From positions 1,312,001 to 1,376,000 of the forward strand of contig OY969554.1 of assembly GCA_963700985.1 (NCBI GenBank): a DNA stretch of 64,000 nt, in the 5' to 3' direction. The notes beneath the pieces are model-generated. The model made no database searches. It saw only the letters and a list, made by a program, of their open reading frames with translations, and was not told the DNA's origin. The translations under genes were made by a program, and so were the position numbers. The stretch comes from an uncultured Chlamydiales bacterium (GTDB lineage: Bacteria > Chlamydiota > Chlamydiia > Chlamydiales > Rhabdochlamydiaceae). The stretch's first letter is position 1. Each line of letters starts with the position of its first letter. Below, in pieces: positions 21,825 to 31,441 of this stretch.

Positions 21825-22679
21825 TTATACGTGCGCCTCTTCTTCTTGCTCTTCCTCTTCTAGAAGCTCTTCGTAAGAGTCAAAGTCATCCTGTCCTGTG
21901 CCTTGGAGACCGATCAGTCCGCGCTTAGAAGAGCGGCAGAAATCGATCCAATGACGTACATGAGGATTCATATCGACTTCGTCTTCGATAATCTCAAGCG
22001 CTGCGGAAATACGCAGCCCAGAACGATAGGTGAGCTTAAAGGCCTTGGTAAGGCCACGTCTTACATCGATGGGGAATCCATGGCGTTTGAGACCGATGAG
22101 ATTCAATCCGCCGAGCTTGTAAGGGGCTCCAGCACCCAAGGTATAGGGCGGTACATCATGGGTAATGCGGCTAAAACCACCGACCATCGAATAGCAGCCG
22201 ATACGTGAAAATTGGTGCACAGGAGTCATGCCGCCAATGATCGCATAATCTTCTACTACGACGTGACCCGCTAGCATGGCATTATTGGCCATGATGACTC
22301 GGTTGCCTAGTTCGCAATTGTGCGCCACATGGCAATAAGCCATGATCAAGCAGCCATCGCCGATTTTAACAACGGAGTTTTCGTTGCAAGAAGAGTTGAT
22401 GGTGGCAAATTCACGAATTTCGCAATTCTTTCCGATGACCACATACGTTTTTTCGCCACGAAACTTGAGATCTTGTGTTTTAGTTCCAATACTCGCAGAG
22501 GGCCAGATCACTGTTCCCTCGCCAATGGTTGTGTTTCCATCGATGTAGGCGTGAGATTTGATCACAACACCATCTTTGAGTGTCACAGTGCTTTTAACTA
22601 CGGCGTAGGCTTCTACGGTGACGTTCTCTCCGATTACAGCACCTGGCTCAATAATTGCACTTGGATGAATGTTTGACAT
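21825..22679 (-). CDS. lpxA: UDP-N-acetylglucosamine acyltransferase
   Basis: Hexapeptide repeats, QDLKF.GE.T, HVAHNC, VHQF.RIG. Confidence 0.96.
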   Translation of the reverse strand: MSNIHPSAIIEPGAVIGENVTVEAYAVVKSTVTLKDGVVIKSHAYIDGNTTIGEGTVIWPSASIGTKTQDLKFRGEKTYVVIGKNCEIREFATINSSCNENSVVKIGDGCLIMAYCHVAHNCELGNRVIMANNAMLAGHVVVEDYAIIGGMTPVHQFSRIGCYSMVGGFSRITHDVPPYTLGAGAPYKLGGLNLIGLKRHGFPIDVRRGLTKAFKLTYRSGLRISAALEIIEDEVDMNPHVRHWIDFCRSSKRGLIGLQGTGQDDFDSYEELLEEEEQEEEAHV

Positions 22680-22712
22680 GAGAATCCAATCTTGGTTAAG
22701 TTTTAAGACAGC

Positions 22713-23180
22713 TTAAAGCTGACTTTTATCAATAAGGGCAAATCCTATTTCTGCTTCTACAGCTAGCTGATCATTGACTAATGCCTTCGCCATGATCCTG
22801 CCACCTTTATTACTTACATGTAGTGCTTGGGCATGCAAAATAAGCACGTCGCCTGGCACTACGGGCCGGCGAAATTTGGCATTATTAACACTTAATAAAA
22901 CAGCGATCTTTTCGCTTTGTCCTTTTTGATGCACGAGGATTCCACCAGTTTGGGCAAGCGCTTCGAGCACGAGCACACCTGGCATGATCGGCACACCGGG
23001 AAAGTGTCCTTGGAAGAACTGTTCATTGTAAGTGACATTTTTTTGTCCAACAATCACGTTCTCCTCGAGGTTGAGCGAAAGGATCCTATCCACGAGTAAA
23101 AAGGGATAGCGATGCGGAAGAATGCGGACTATCTCCTTCACGTCGAAAATAGCGGGTCGAGGTGAAGTATGGGCAGTCAT
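22713..23180 (-). CDS. fabZ: 3-hydroxyacyl-ACP dehydratase
   Basis: [30 protein letters not shown]. Confidence 0.97.
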   Translation of the reverse strand: MTAHTSPRPAIFDVKEIVRILPHRYPFLLVDRILSLNLEENVIVGQKNVTYNEQFFQGHFPGVPIMPGVLVLEALAQTGGILVHQKGQSEKIAVLLSVNNAKFRRPVVPGDVLILHAQALHVSNKGGRIMAKALVNDQLAVEAEIGFALIDKSQL

Positions 23181-24082
23181 CAGGAATTCTCCATCTTAAT
23201 ATGTTTTGCTAACTCTTTTGCGAAAGCGATGTTTGTGGTGTGTCCCGAACGAATAGCGATAATATGTACCGGGAAATAAACGGCATTTAATGAAAGATCA
23301 CCTATGAGATCCAGCACCTTATGTCGCACCAATTCATTACGGAAACGTAACCCCTCAGGATTCGCAACCGCATTGTCTTTAATTAAAACGCCTGTATTGA
23401 GGTTTCCTCCTTTGAGGAGGCCTTTTTCAATTAGAGGCGCGATATCTTCATAGAGAGAAAAAGTACGTGAAGGAGCAATCTCTTGTTTGAAGCCTTCTTC
23501 ATCCACTACAAACGAGTAGTATTGAGATCCGATAAAATCCGAGTGGGGATAGTGCAAAGTATAACTTACGCGATATTCATCCGAAGGAAGTGCAACGAGA
23601 TGCGTATCATTCTGCGACCAAGAGACAGGCATTTGCAGTCGACCGCGCAATCTCTCTTCAGTCAAGGTAGCGACTCCCGCTTTCTCAATCATCTCTACAA
23701 AACCGATCGCACTTCCATCCAAAATAGGCACTTCGGGGCCATCGATTTCGATTAGAACGTTGTCGATTTGATAAGCTTTTAATGCAGAGAGCAGATGCTC
23801 AACAGTTTGAATCAGCACACCCTGAATTCCAATCATGGTGCATCGCGGAGTCCCCTGCACATGATCTAATGTGGCTGGAAGAAAAGGTTTATGAGGAAGG
23901 TCCATTCTCTGGAAAATAATCCCAGTATCAGCCTCAGCTGGGCAGAGTCGAAGGGTCGCTTTCTCTCCAGTAAAAAGCCCTAAGCCTGTAACAGAGGTAG
24001 AGCGCTGCAGCGTACGCTGTTTAGGACGTACGTAGGCTCGCGAAGAATTTTGAACTTCAGGTAGGGTGCAAGGAAAAGACAA
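23180..24082 (-). CDS. lpxC: UDP-3-O-acyl-GlcNAc deacetylase
   Basis: QRTL, TVEHLLSAL, EVPILDGSA, HKVLDLIGDL. Confidence 0.96.
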   Translation of the reverse strand: MSFPCTLPEVQNSSRAYVRPKQRTLQRSTSVTGLGLFTGEKATLRLCPAEADTGIIFQRMDLPHKPFLPATLDHVQGTPRCTMIGIQGVLIQTVEHLLSALKAYQIDNVLIEIDGPEVPILDGSAIGFVEMIEKAGVATLTEERLRGRLQMPVSWSQNDTHLVALPSDEYRVSYTLHYPHSDFIGSQYYSFVVDEEGFKQEIAPSRTFSLYEDIAPLIEKGLLKGGNLNTGVLIKDNAVANPEGLRFRNELVRHKVLDLIGDLSLNAVYFPVHIIAIRSGHTTNIAFAKELAKHIKMENS

Positions 24083-24169
24083 AACAAACCTCGAAAATAC
24101 TCATAATAAAAGGGCCATATGATGGTCGACAAAACCTTATCTGAGCTTAATTATTTTGGGCAAGCTGAA

Positions 24170-25858
24170 TTACCAATGGCGGCTCTTTCTTAACCGCAGA
24201 AAGGTACCAAATAAAATTAGAGAGAGGCCAACCATGCCTCCATCCCCCCAATATGTATAAAGAGTTTTATAATGGTAAATTGGAAGAGTTGCTACGAGCG
24301 GACCTGCTAAACACTGCTTATTGCTATCGAGTTCGGCCATTTGGCAGAGAGGACGGCCAAGACTATCGATGGCTGCACTTATGCCGGTATTGCAAGAACG
24401 AAATAGCGGAGAGCCATTTTCAATGGCGCGCAGCCGGCCTAAGTCAAAGTGCTGCTGAGGAAGCCTTGAAGAAGGATACCAGTTATCATTGGTCACGTTT
24501 ACAAGGATTTCAGCCCCTTTAAGGCGCCCTTCGCGAATAAGATCAGGAAAAGTTTCCTCGTAACAGATCGAGATAGCTAATGGAACAGTCCCTTTAAAAA
24601 CTTTAGTTTCCTCGCCTTTTGTAAAAAAATCTTTAATTCCATATTTTTCGACAAAGGGAAGAAAACTATTGCAGGGAAGATATTCAGCCATGGGCAAAAG
24701 AACCTGTTTTTCAGAGCGGCGGATTGTTAGACATTCCGGCATAAAGTGAAAAGCTGCGTTATAACTTTTTTTAGACTCCCGCTCTTCATGCTCTAAACCA
24801 ATGACTACTTCTGCATGGAAATAGTTAGAAATGGCTTGCGTCCAAAAGCTGTTAGAAACCATCCACTTCATGTCCTTCCCTACGCGCTTTTGTTCTGCGA
24901 ACGGCAGCTGCAATGGAGGAAGAGTCTTTTTTACATTCGCGCCTAATTCCTTAGTCAGCATTTGTACGACAGTCTCATATGGATAGATAGTTTTATCATA
25001 ATGGAATGGCACCGCCACTTCTGGGAATACGATAAGATCTAGCGGCGCGCTTTCTGTAGACTTCAGAAAGATCAGAATGCGCCTCCATTGATCCCAAGGT
25101 GAAATAAAATGATTCAGGCGTTCCGGAAGGACGAGCTTCTCCGGAGGCAAAAGACCGGTTTGGATTAACGCAACAGTCAGACTTCGCGCTGGCGGGTTTG
25201 TCGCAGCCTGGTGCTCGTGATAAGAGACATGTCCTAGGCCAAAGAGATAAGGCAGCGCAGCCAAAGTTGCCAGAAGAGCCGCGGTTTTAATAGTTGGAAG
25301 GCGCTTGTTAAAGAGCGCATCTAAGAAATTATAGCTGCAGCCATTAACCAACATTACCCAGAAGGACAAGCCGAGCACTCCGCCGATACTTGCCAGCTGC
25401 AGCGAAGCGATGCAAGAAGTAAGCGCCAATCCAGACGGACTCCAAGAAAAGCCGCATAAAAAGAAGAAGCGTGACCATTCAAAAAGAGTCCACAAAGAGG
25501 CAATGGCTAAAAGACGCGGTAGTTTTATTGGACCCTCAACCGGAATCAGTAAAGAGAGCAGACCAAATTGGAATCCAAGCCAAGAAGCAAGCCAAAGATA
25601 GGCAATGAGAATATAAACGCCCTGAAATTCAATGGAAGTCATCCATGAGAGTTGAATCAACTGCACGCAGGTAAACCAGAACGACGCGAGCCAAAAGCGG
25701 GAGAATCTGGTTTTAAAGTCTATGAGCGATCTCCAGAAAAGTGCATAGCCGGCAATCGCAGCAAGAGGCGCTAGCCACGCCTGCCAGCTGGGCTGTCCGA
25801 AGCCGACAATGGCAAAGCTGAGCACAAATAAAAAGGCAGCAATACTTCTACTTTTCAC
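24170..25858 (-). CDS. lnt: Apolipoprotein N-acyltransferase
   Basis: N-terminal TM bundle plus nitrilase triad: FPE, KQVLLPMAEYLP, ICYEETF. Confidence 0.93.
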   Translation of the reverse strand: MKSRSIAAFLFVLSFAIVGFGQPSWQAWLAPLAAIAGYALFWRSLIDFKTRFSRFWLASFWFTCVQLIQLSWMTSIEFQGVYILIAYLWLASWLGFQFGLLSLLIPVEGPIKLPRLLAIASLWTLFEWSRFFFLCGFSWSPSGLALTSCIASLQLASIGGVLGLSFWVMLVNGCSYNFLDALFNKRLPTIKTAALLATLAALPYLFGLGHVSYHEHQAATNPPARSLTVALIQTGLLPPEKLVLPERLNHFISPWDQWRRILIFLKSTESAPLDLIVFPEVAVPFHYDKTIYPYETVVQMLTKELGANVKKTLPPLQLPFAEQKRVGKDMKWMVSNSFWTQAISNYFHAEVVIGLEHEERESKKSYNAAFHFMPECLTIRRSEKQVLLPMAEYLPCNSFLPFVEKYGIKDFFTKGEETKVFKGTVPLAISICYEETFPDLIREGRLKGAEILVNVTNDNWYPSSRLPQQHFDLGRLRAIENGSPLFRSCNTGISAAIDSLGRPLCQMAELDSNKQCLAGPLVATLPIYHYKTLYTYWGDGGMVGLSLILFGTFLRLRKSRHW

Positions 25859-26315
25859 TGTTTTTCGCCTGTTTTTTTGAAGAGGAACTATCTTTACCCA
25901 TTGCTAAGACATACAAAAGGCCACCAAAAATACTCAAATTCTTTAGAAACATCGCTACCTGAAATTGACGGTCGGGCCCATCTAGATACCAGAAATGGTG
26001 GCAAATCACAGTGGCAGAAATAAGAAAAAAGGCGAGCAAAAAAGCTCCAAAACGCACCTGTATTCCCAAAAAGAGAAGAGCGCCGCCTAGTAATTCGATA
26101 ATTGTACCTCCTAAAAGGAGCTGAGGCGTGCAAGGAAGGGCTAATTGCAGGAGATCTTGCGCTTGCATCATCCCTTGGGTGTAGTTCAATAAGTCGCAAA
26201 GTCCATTGATTAGAGCGGCTTCCGCCCCCTGCCAATCAAATATTTTATTCACCCCAGCAAGAATGAAAACACTGCTTAAACACATGCGCCCTAGAAGAGC
26301 AAAAAAACTTTTCAT
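25848..26315 (-). CDS. DoxX family membrane protein
   Basis: LLGR..LS.VF...G..K, ELLGG..L, FLKNLSI.GGLL. Confidence 0.85.
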   Translation of the reverse strand: MKSFFALLGRMCLSSVFILAGVNKIFDWQGAEAALINGLCDLLNYTQGMMQAQDLLQLALPCTPQLLLGGTIIELLGGALLFLGIQVRFGAFLLAFFLISATVICHHFWYLDGPDRQFQVAMFLKNLSIFGGLLYVLAMGKDSSSSKKQAKNSEK

Positions 26316-26453
26316 CTTCCAATTACCTCTTAAAATCTAAGATCTCACAAAAAAAATTTTTGTACAAACGAGACTATCCCAATTCTAAATTTAGGCTCAT
26401 AAAACGAATTTTAGAAAAAACTAAAGATTTTTCCTCTGAATGCTGGTATATTT

Positions 26454-27593
26454 ATGGCACAAATGACCAATACTTTTCAAAAGCGCCATCTTTTTGACAT
26501 TCTGGATAGCTTCGATGAGCTAGGCATGCCTCTCGATGTTTTCCTATCCGGATACTTTCGCGCGCATAAATCGGTGGGCGCCAACGACCGTCGTGTGATC
26601 TGTGAAGCGATTTACGGCATGATCCGCTGGAGAGGCCTGCTCGATCACTTCTTACCTAAGCCTCCAACTTGGGAAAGTCGTCTTTCGCTTTTCTCATCTT
26701 TCGAACCTTTAGATTACGCCTCCAAGCAAGAGCTGCCTTCTCATATCCGCGCTAGTTTTCCAAAGCCCCTTTTTCAACTTTTTGCAGATGCTTACGGGGA
26801 AGAGAAAGCTTTAGAGCTCTGTCTAATCAGCAATACACAGGCTCCCACTACACTACGGGTCAACGAATTGAAAATTTCCAGAGAGGAACTTTTTGAACGC
26901 TGGAAAAAACTCTACCCTATATCGCTCTGTGCAACCTCGCCATGGGGAATTATCTTTCACAAAAAGATCAATTTCTTCTCTATGGAAGAGTTCAAAGCTG
27001 GCCTTTTCGAAGTTCAAGATGAAGGCAGCCAACTTATCGCTCGTTTAGTAGAGATAAAACCTGGCGATCATTTTCTTGATTACTGTTCGGGTTCTGGGGG
27101 GAAAACTCTCGCAATAGCAGCACGCAGCAATGGGAAAGGACAGCTCTATCTGCACGATATCCGCCCACGTGCACTAGTCGAAGCCAAAAAGCGACTCAAG
27201 AGAGCTGGTATCCAAAACGCGCAAGTTTTATCTCCTGATGATCGGCACAAAAAATCTTTAAAAGGACATATGGACTGGGTGCTGCTCGATGTGCCATGCA
27301 GTGGCACAGGCACACTACGCCGCAATCCGGATATGAAATGGAAATTCGACCCTTCCATAGTCGAACGCATCACCCAAGAACAAAGAGAAATTTTTGCCGA
27401 GGGGCTCGAATTTATCACGCCAAAAGGCAAAATCGTTTATGCAACCTGCAGTATTCTTCCTCAAGAAAACGAACAGCAGATCGCTTTCTTTGAAAAGAAT
27501 TTTCCAGTTGAGCTTGAAAGACCACCTTTTTCTGTTCTTCCTCAAAAAGGCGGCATGGATGGTTTTTTTGGAGCTGTTTTTAGAAAAAAATAA
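26454..27593 (+). CDS. RsmB/NOP2-type RNA m5C methyltransferase
   Basis: EVQDEGSQL, DYCSGSGGKTL, DVPCSGTG, YATCSI. Confidence 0.92.
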   Translation: MAQMTNTFQKRHLFDILDSFDELGMPLDVFLSGYFRAHKSVGANDRRVICEAIYGMIRWRGLLDHFLPKPPTWESRLSLFSSFEPLDYASKQELPSHIRASFPKPLFQLFADAYGEEKALELCLISNTQAPTTLRVNELKISREELFERWKKLYPISLCATSPWGIIFHKKINFFSMEEFKAGLFEVQDEGSQLIARLVEIKPGDHFLDYCSGSGGKTLAIAARSNGKGQLYLHDIRPRALVEAKKRLKRAGIQNAQVLSPDDRHKKSLKGHMDWVLLDVPCSGTGTLRRNPDMKWKFDPSIVERITQEQREIFAEGLEFITPKGKIVYATCSILPQENEQQIAFFEKNFPVELERPPFSVLPQKGGMDGFFGAVFRKK

Positions 27594-27633
27594 GAATAAT
27601 GATTCAAAACCTTGTTTTTGCTACATTTGGACC

Positions 27634-28686
27634 ATGCTAAAATTATTTGTTTCGACTCTGTTTTTATTAGTGCCGCTCTTGACAATCGCCGCTGAGCCTG
27701 GACCGATGTCTTTTAATGAGCCAGAGCACCTCATCGTTAATAATCGCATCTTGGCAAAAGTGAATGGTAAAACCATCTCTGTTGTCGATGTCATGAAAAA
27801 GATGGATGTCTTTTTAAACCGCGCCTATCCCCAATATGCTGATTCGAAAAGTGCACGTTACCAATTTTATACCGCTCAATGGCGCAATACTCTCACGCAG
27901 ATGATCGATAATGAGCTCATGCTAGCAGATGCCGATTCTATTGAACTTAAGGTTAATGACAGTGATGTACGAGAGAAACTACAGGAGCGCTTTGGCCCCA
28001 ACGTGATGGCTAATTTAGAAAAAATTGGCATCACCTACGAAGAAGCGCGCGAGATGATCCACAGTGAAATCGTCGTTCAGCGTATGCAATGGTTTAGAGT
28101 TAACTCAAAAGCCCTTCTAAGTGTGAACCCCCAAGACATCAAAATCGCTTACAAAGACTTTTGTGAAAAAAACCCTTCTCAGGATGAGTGGAAATATCAA
28201 GTTCTTGCAATCCGCGGCACTGAACCAACCTCGGTCACACCGCTTACAGAAAGAATACAATCTCTGCTAAATACAGCTGAAGCTTCACTTCTGGCCGTTT
28301 ACGAGAAGGTCTCGAATGAAGAGAACCGTGATCCTTCGGTTACACTTACTCTTTCTCCTCTTTATGAAGTTAATGACAAAAACCTCTCGGCTAGCCATAG
28401 ACAAACGCTCTCCTCTTTGACCCCAGGTAGCCTTAGCCAGCCTATTGCCCAACCCAGCAAAGACGGCAGCATTGTTTCTCGCATTTTCTACCTCATCGAT
28501 CACGTCAAAAAGCAGCCTCCTCCTTTTGAAAAGATCTCCGATCGACTATTTGAAGAATTAGCCGAAAAGGCATCAGAAAAAGAGGCCTCTCTTTATGTAA
28601 CAAGGCTGCGCCAAAAATTTAGTTTTGAAGAGAAGCATTTCCAAGAGACTCTGCCGCCTGACTTTCAGCCTTTTGCGCTGAAATAG
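27634..28686 (+). CDS. SurA N-terminal-domain periplasmic chaperone
   Basis: Signal peptide MLKLFVSTLFLLVPLLTIAA; NRILAKVNGK.I; LTQMIDNELMLADA; degenerate parvulin region; upstream of rsmA. Confidence 0.7.
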   Translation: MLKLFVSTLFLLVPLLTIAAEPGPMSFNEPEHLIVNNRILAKVNGKTISVVDVMKKMDVFLNRAYPQYADSKSARYQFYTAQWRNTLTQMIDNELMLADADSIELKVNDSDVREKLQERFGPNVMANLEKIGITYEEAREMIHSEIVVQRMQWFRVNSKALLSVNPQDIKIAYKDFCEKNPSQDEWKYQVLAIRGTEPTSVTPLTERIQSLLNTAEASLLAVYEKVSNEENRDPSVTLTLSPLYEVNDKNLSASHRQTLSSLTPGSLSQPIAQPSKDGSIVSRIFYLIDHVKKQPPPFEKISDRLFEELAEKASEKEASLYVTRLRQKFSFEEKHFQETLPPDFQPFALK

Positions 28687-28691
28687 ATCGC

Positions 28692-29540
28692 ATGACTCTA
28701 TCTCGTCCTTCCTATCTGATGCATTTTCTCCAAGAATTGGGAGTTCGCCCACAAAAAAAGTGGTCTCAGAACTTTCTCATCGATGGCAATATCATTCGCA
28801 ATATTATTCGATCGGCTGGTCTTGAAAAGGGCGACCTGATACTCGAAATTGGGCCTGGGCCAGGCGCATTGACCGAAGCCCTTCTTGCCCATGGATGCCA
28901 AGTTGTTGCGGTTGAAAAAGATCCAACCTTTGCAGAAGCGCTTAAGCGCCTTGAAAAAGAGCCCGGCAGCCTTACTGTTTATGAAGATGATATCCTAAAA
29001 TTCCCCATAGAAGAGTTCTTGAAGGAGAAGTGTAAGCAGGGCAGAAAAGTTAAGGTTGTATCCAACCTTCCCTATCACATCACTACCCCAATTGCAGTGC
29101 GGCTATTGCCACTACATGCTTATTTAACATCCATAACGATCATGGTGCAAAAAGAGGTCGGCTTGCGGATCTGCGCGCATACAGGCTCGGAAGATTATGG
29201 CAGCCTTTCGCTCTTTACGCAATTTTATGCCAATCCATCCTATTGTTTTACCGTGCCGCCTACCTGCTTTTTTCCTAAGCCAAAAGTCCACTCGTCTATT
29301 GTGCTACTCACTTTAAGAGAACCTCCACTAGCTTCAGAAGATGAGCCTGCTTTCTTCCAGCTGACTCGCACAGCATTTCAGCAGCGCAGAAAAATGTTAC
29401 GCACCTCTGTAAAAGAGCTCTACGACCGCGAGCTTATGGCAAAAAGCATGCAAGAGACTGGCATCTCTTTAGAAGTGAGACCAGAAGAGCTTTCGCTAGG
29501 TCAATTCCTCGCGCTTTTTCATAGACTTGCGCAAAAATAA
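28692..29540 (+). CDS. rsmA: 16S rRNA adenine dimethyltransferase
   Basis: SQNFLID, LEIGPGPGALT, SNLPY.I, MVQKEV, FQQRRKML. Confidence 0.96.
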   Translation: MTLSRPSYLMHFLQELGVRPQKKWSQNFLIDGNIIRNIIRSAGLEKGDLILEIGPGPGALTEALLAHGCQVVAVEKDPTFAEALKRLEKEPGSLTVYEDDILKFPIEEFLKEKCKQGRKVKVVSNLPYHITTPIAVRLLPLHAYLTSITIMVQKEVGLRICAHTGSEDYGSLSLFTQFYANPSYCFTVPPTCFFPKPKVHSSIVLLTLREPPLASEDEPAFFQLTRTAFQQRRKMLRTSVKELYDRELMAKSMQETGISLEVRPEELSLGQFLALFHRLAQK

Positions 29541-30800
29541 CCAAAGAGCACCGCTAAAGAATAGGGCCACTAAGAATAAGAGGGCAATCTTATGGCTCAA
29601 CACGACCTTAACTTGGTGCAGCACGCCTAACATCTGATGAAAGGTTGTCTCTTTCAGATCTTCAGTTGCGCAAACTGACGCGCGTTTCAGCACTTTTCCA
29701 AGTTCTTGATCGATCAGCTGAATCTCACCTACCGTTTGGCCTTTAACAATTGGCAATTTTAAATCATGCCATTTTAATACTGCCTTAAAATTGGGCTCTT
29801 CAGAGGGAAAGTATTCAAACACAAAATTTTCAGGCAGTGTGGCTTGCAATGGTTCACTCGCCCCATTGACTTTAGCCGTAAAAAGTTCAAAGCCTTTAGC
29901 AAAGACCGTGCGACTTACCTTCTTTTCATTGAATGCGGCTTCAAAAAGTGACACGGCATCTTTAAAGCGCTGATGAAAGTCACTGCAGCCCAGCACAACG
30001 GCAATCAAATAACGGTTTCCATCGGATGCAGCTGCTACCACATTCTTTCCGGCACTCAGGGTATACCCTGTTTTGACTCCTAAAGCCTTGGCGTAAAAGT
30101 GTGGGCTGGATTTATTCACGAGAGCATTACCTTGTACAAAGACAGTTTCCGGCTGTTTATTTGTGGCTGCCTTGACATGGCGGGAGGTCCCGACTATTTC
30201 TTTAAAAGTGGGGATTTTCATCGCCAATTGGGTCATTTTAGCGAGATCATAGGCAGTTGTTTTGTGCTCATCTGTCTGAAGGCCATGTGGATTATAAAAA
30301 GAGGTTTCAAGGCAACCTTTCTCCTTCAAAAAGGCGCTTAGCTCTTCCATAAAAGCCGGAACGCTACCTGAGACATGCTCTGCGATCACATTGGCAGCAT
30401 CATTGCCTGAAATAAGCATCAATCCATAGAGAAGGTCCCGAAATGAAATCTGCTCGCCTACTTTAAGACCCATATGGGTTCCGCCATATTCCAGCCGATA
30501 AGATGGGTGTTTGCTACGGCGCGCTTGCACTGAGACACACCCAATTGCTTCCTGCGAAGCGGTGACCATTGCGTTTAGATCATTCGGTTTTTTAGAAAGA
30601 GCATAAAATGCCGTGGCAACTTTAGTTGTGCTGGCTGGAAAAAGGGGCAGATGCACATTTTTCCCATAAAGAATCCGCCCCGTTTCGCCATCGATCAAAA
30701 TCGCCGCATTGGCAGAAACATCGAGTTTAAGTGGCTCAGCAAAAATAAGATAAGGTTGAAGAAGAAGAAAACTAACTGAAAGAAGAGAGCGGAGATTCAT
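29496..30800 (-). CDS. D-alanyl-D-alanine carboxypeptidase (peptidase S11)
   Basis: PASTTK (SxxK), SGNDAA, KTGYT; signal peptide and C-terminal anchor. Confidence 0.93.
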   Translation of the reverse strand: MNLRSLLSVSFLLLQPYLIFAEPLKLDVSANAAILIDGETGRILYGKNVHLPLFPASTTKVATAFYALSKKPNDLNAMVTASQEAIGCVSVQARRSKHPSYRLEYGGTHMGLKVGEQISFRDLLYGLMLISGNDAANVIAEHVSGSVPAFMEELSAFLKEKGCLETSFYNPHGLQTDEHKTTAYDLAKMTQLAMKIPTFKEIVGTSRHVKAATNKQPETVFVQGNALVNKSSPHFYAKALGVKTGYTLSAGKNVVAAASDGNRYLIAVVLGCSDFHQRFKDAVSLFEAAFNEKKVSRTVFAKGFELFTAKVNGASEPLQATLPENFVFEYFPSEEPNFKAVLKWHDLKLPIVKGQTVGEIQLIDQELGKVLKRASVCATEDLKETTFHQMLGVLHQVKVVLSHKIALLFLVALFFSGALWLFLRKSMKKREELT

Positions 30801-30918
30801 ATATGTATATTAACTTTTTGATACTCAGTATTTTAGACTGAGTTATTAGGAAAATTGCTTGTCTTATGAAAAATAGCGGATTTTTCAAAAAGAGGCAATA
30901 AGTCTAATTAGTTAACCC

Positions 30919-30947
30919 TTGACAAGGAGATTTTTGAAAGATAAACT
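30919..30947 (+). promoter_or_regulatory. Putative sigma66 promoter for 30996-31427
   Basis: TTGACA-N17-TAAACT. Confidence 0.55.
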
Positions 30948-30995
30948 AAAAAAACCGGGAGATCAGAAAATCCTTCCGTTGGCAAGGGGCGCACT

Positions 30996-31427
30996 ATGAT
31001 TAATCCTTTAAAGCTAGAAGAGTCATTTCACGAGTTTTCCCAGAATTTACAAAAGTGGATGCCCGATGGCATTATCTCCGTAAATCTAGGGGTACTGAAT
31101 GAGCTGGGATTGCTCGATAATACGCATTTGGAACAGGCGACGCCAGAAAACTTAAGCCACTTCTTCCATGTCGTTGAAACACCGGATAAAATTACGCTCT
31201 TCAATGAGCAGTTTGCAATTTGGATCGTGCCAAAGTCCGAAGAGACGGCACCCTCAACTTTGACCTTTATCGCGCTGCTAACAGCAGAAAAGCCCCATCT
31301 GGAAATAGTTTTTTCTACTTCTGGGGTCTACAACTCTCCGAAATATATTTTAAAAGTGCTGCAACACTTTCTTTCCGATGTTATCGATACGGAAGCGACG
31401 ATTGCAGCAATAGGCAAGAAGCAATAG
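30996..31427 (+). CDS. Conserved chlamydial hypothetical protein (CT550-like by position)
   Basis: Clean 143-aa ORF with promoter, divergent from the dac gene and near rsbW as in Chlamydia. Confidence 0.6.
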   Translation: MINPLKLEESFHEFSQNLQKWMPDGIISVNLGVLNELGLLDNTHLEQATPENLSHFFHVVETPDKITLFNEQFAIWIVPKSEETAPSTLTFIALLTAEKPHLEIVFSTSGVYNSPKYILKVLQHFLSDVIDTEATIAAIGKKQ

Positions 31428-31441
31428 AGATTAACTAAGCT

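Noticed and set aside
21825-21900. Acidic C-terminal tail of LpxA
   Set aside because: Acidic tails occur in other chlamydial LpxA proteins; low novelty
27394-27633. 80-aa N-terminal extension of the SurA-like ORF
   Set aside because: Overlaps the RsmB-like gene; the signal peptide begins at ATG 27634
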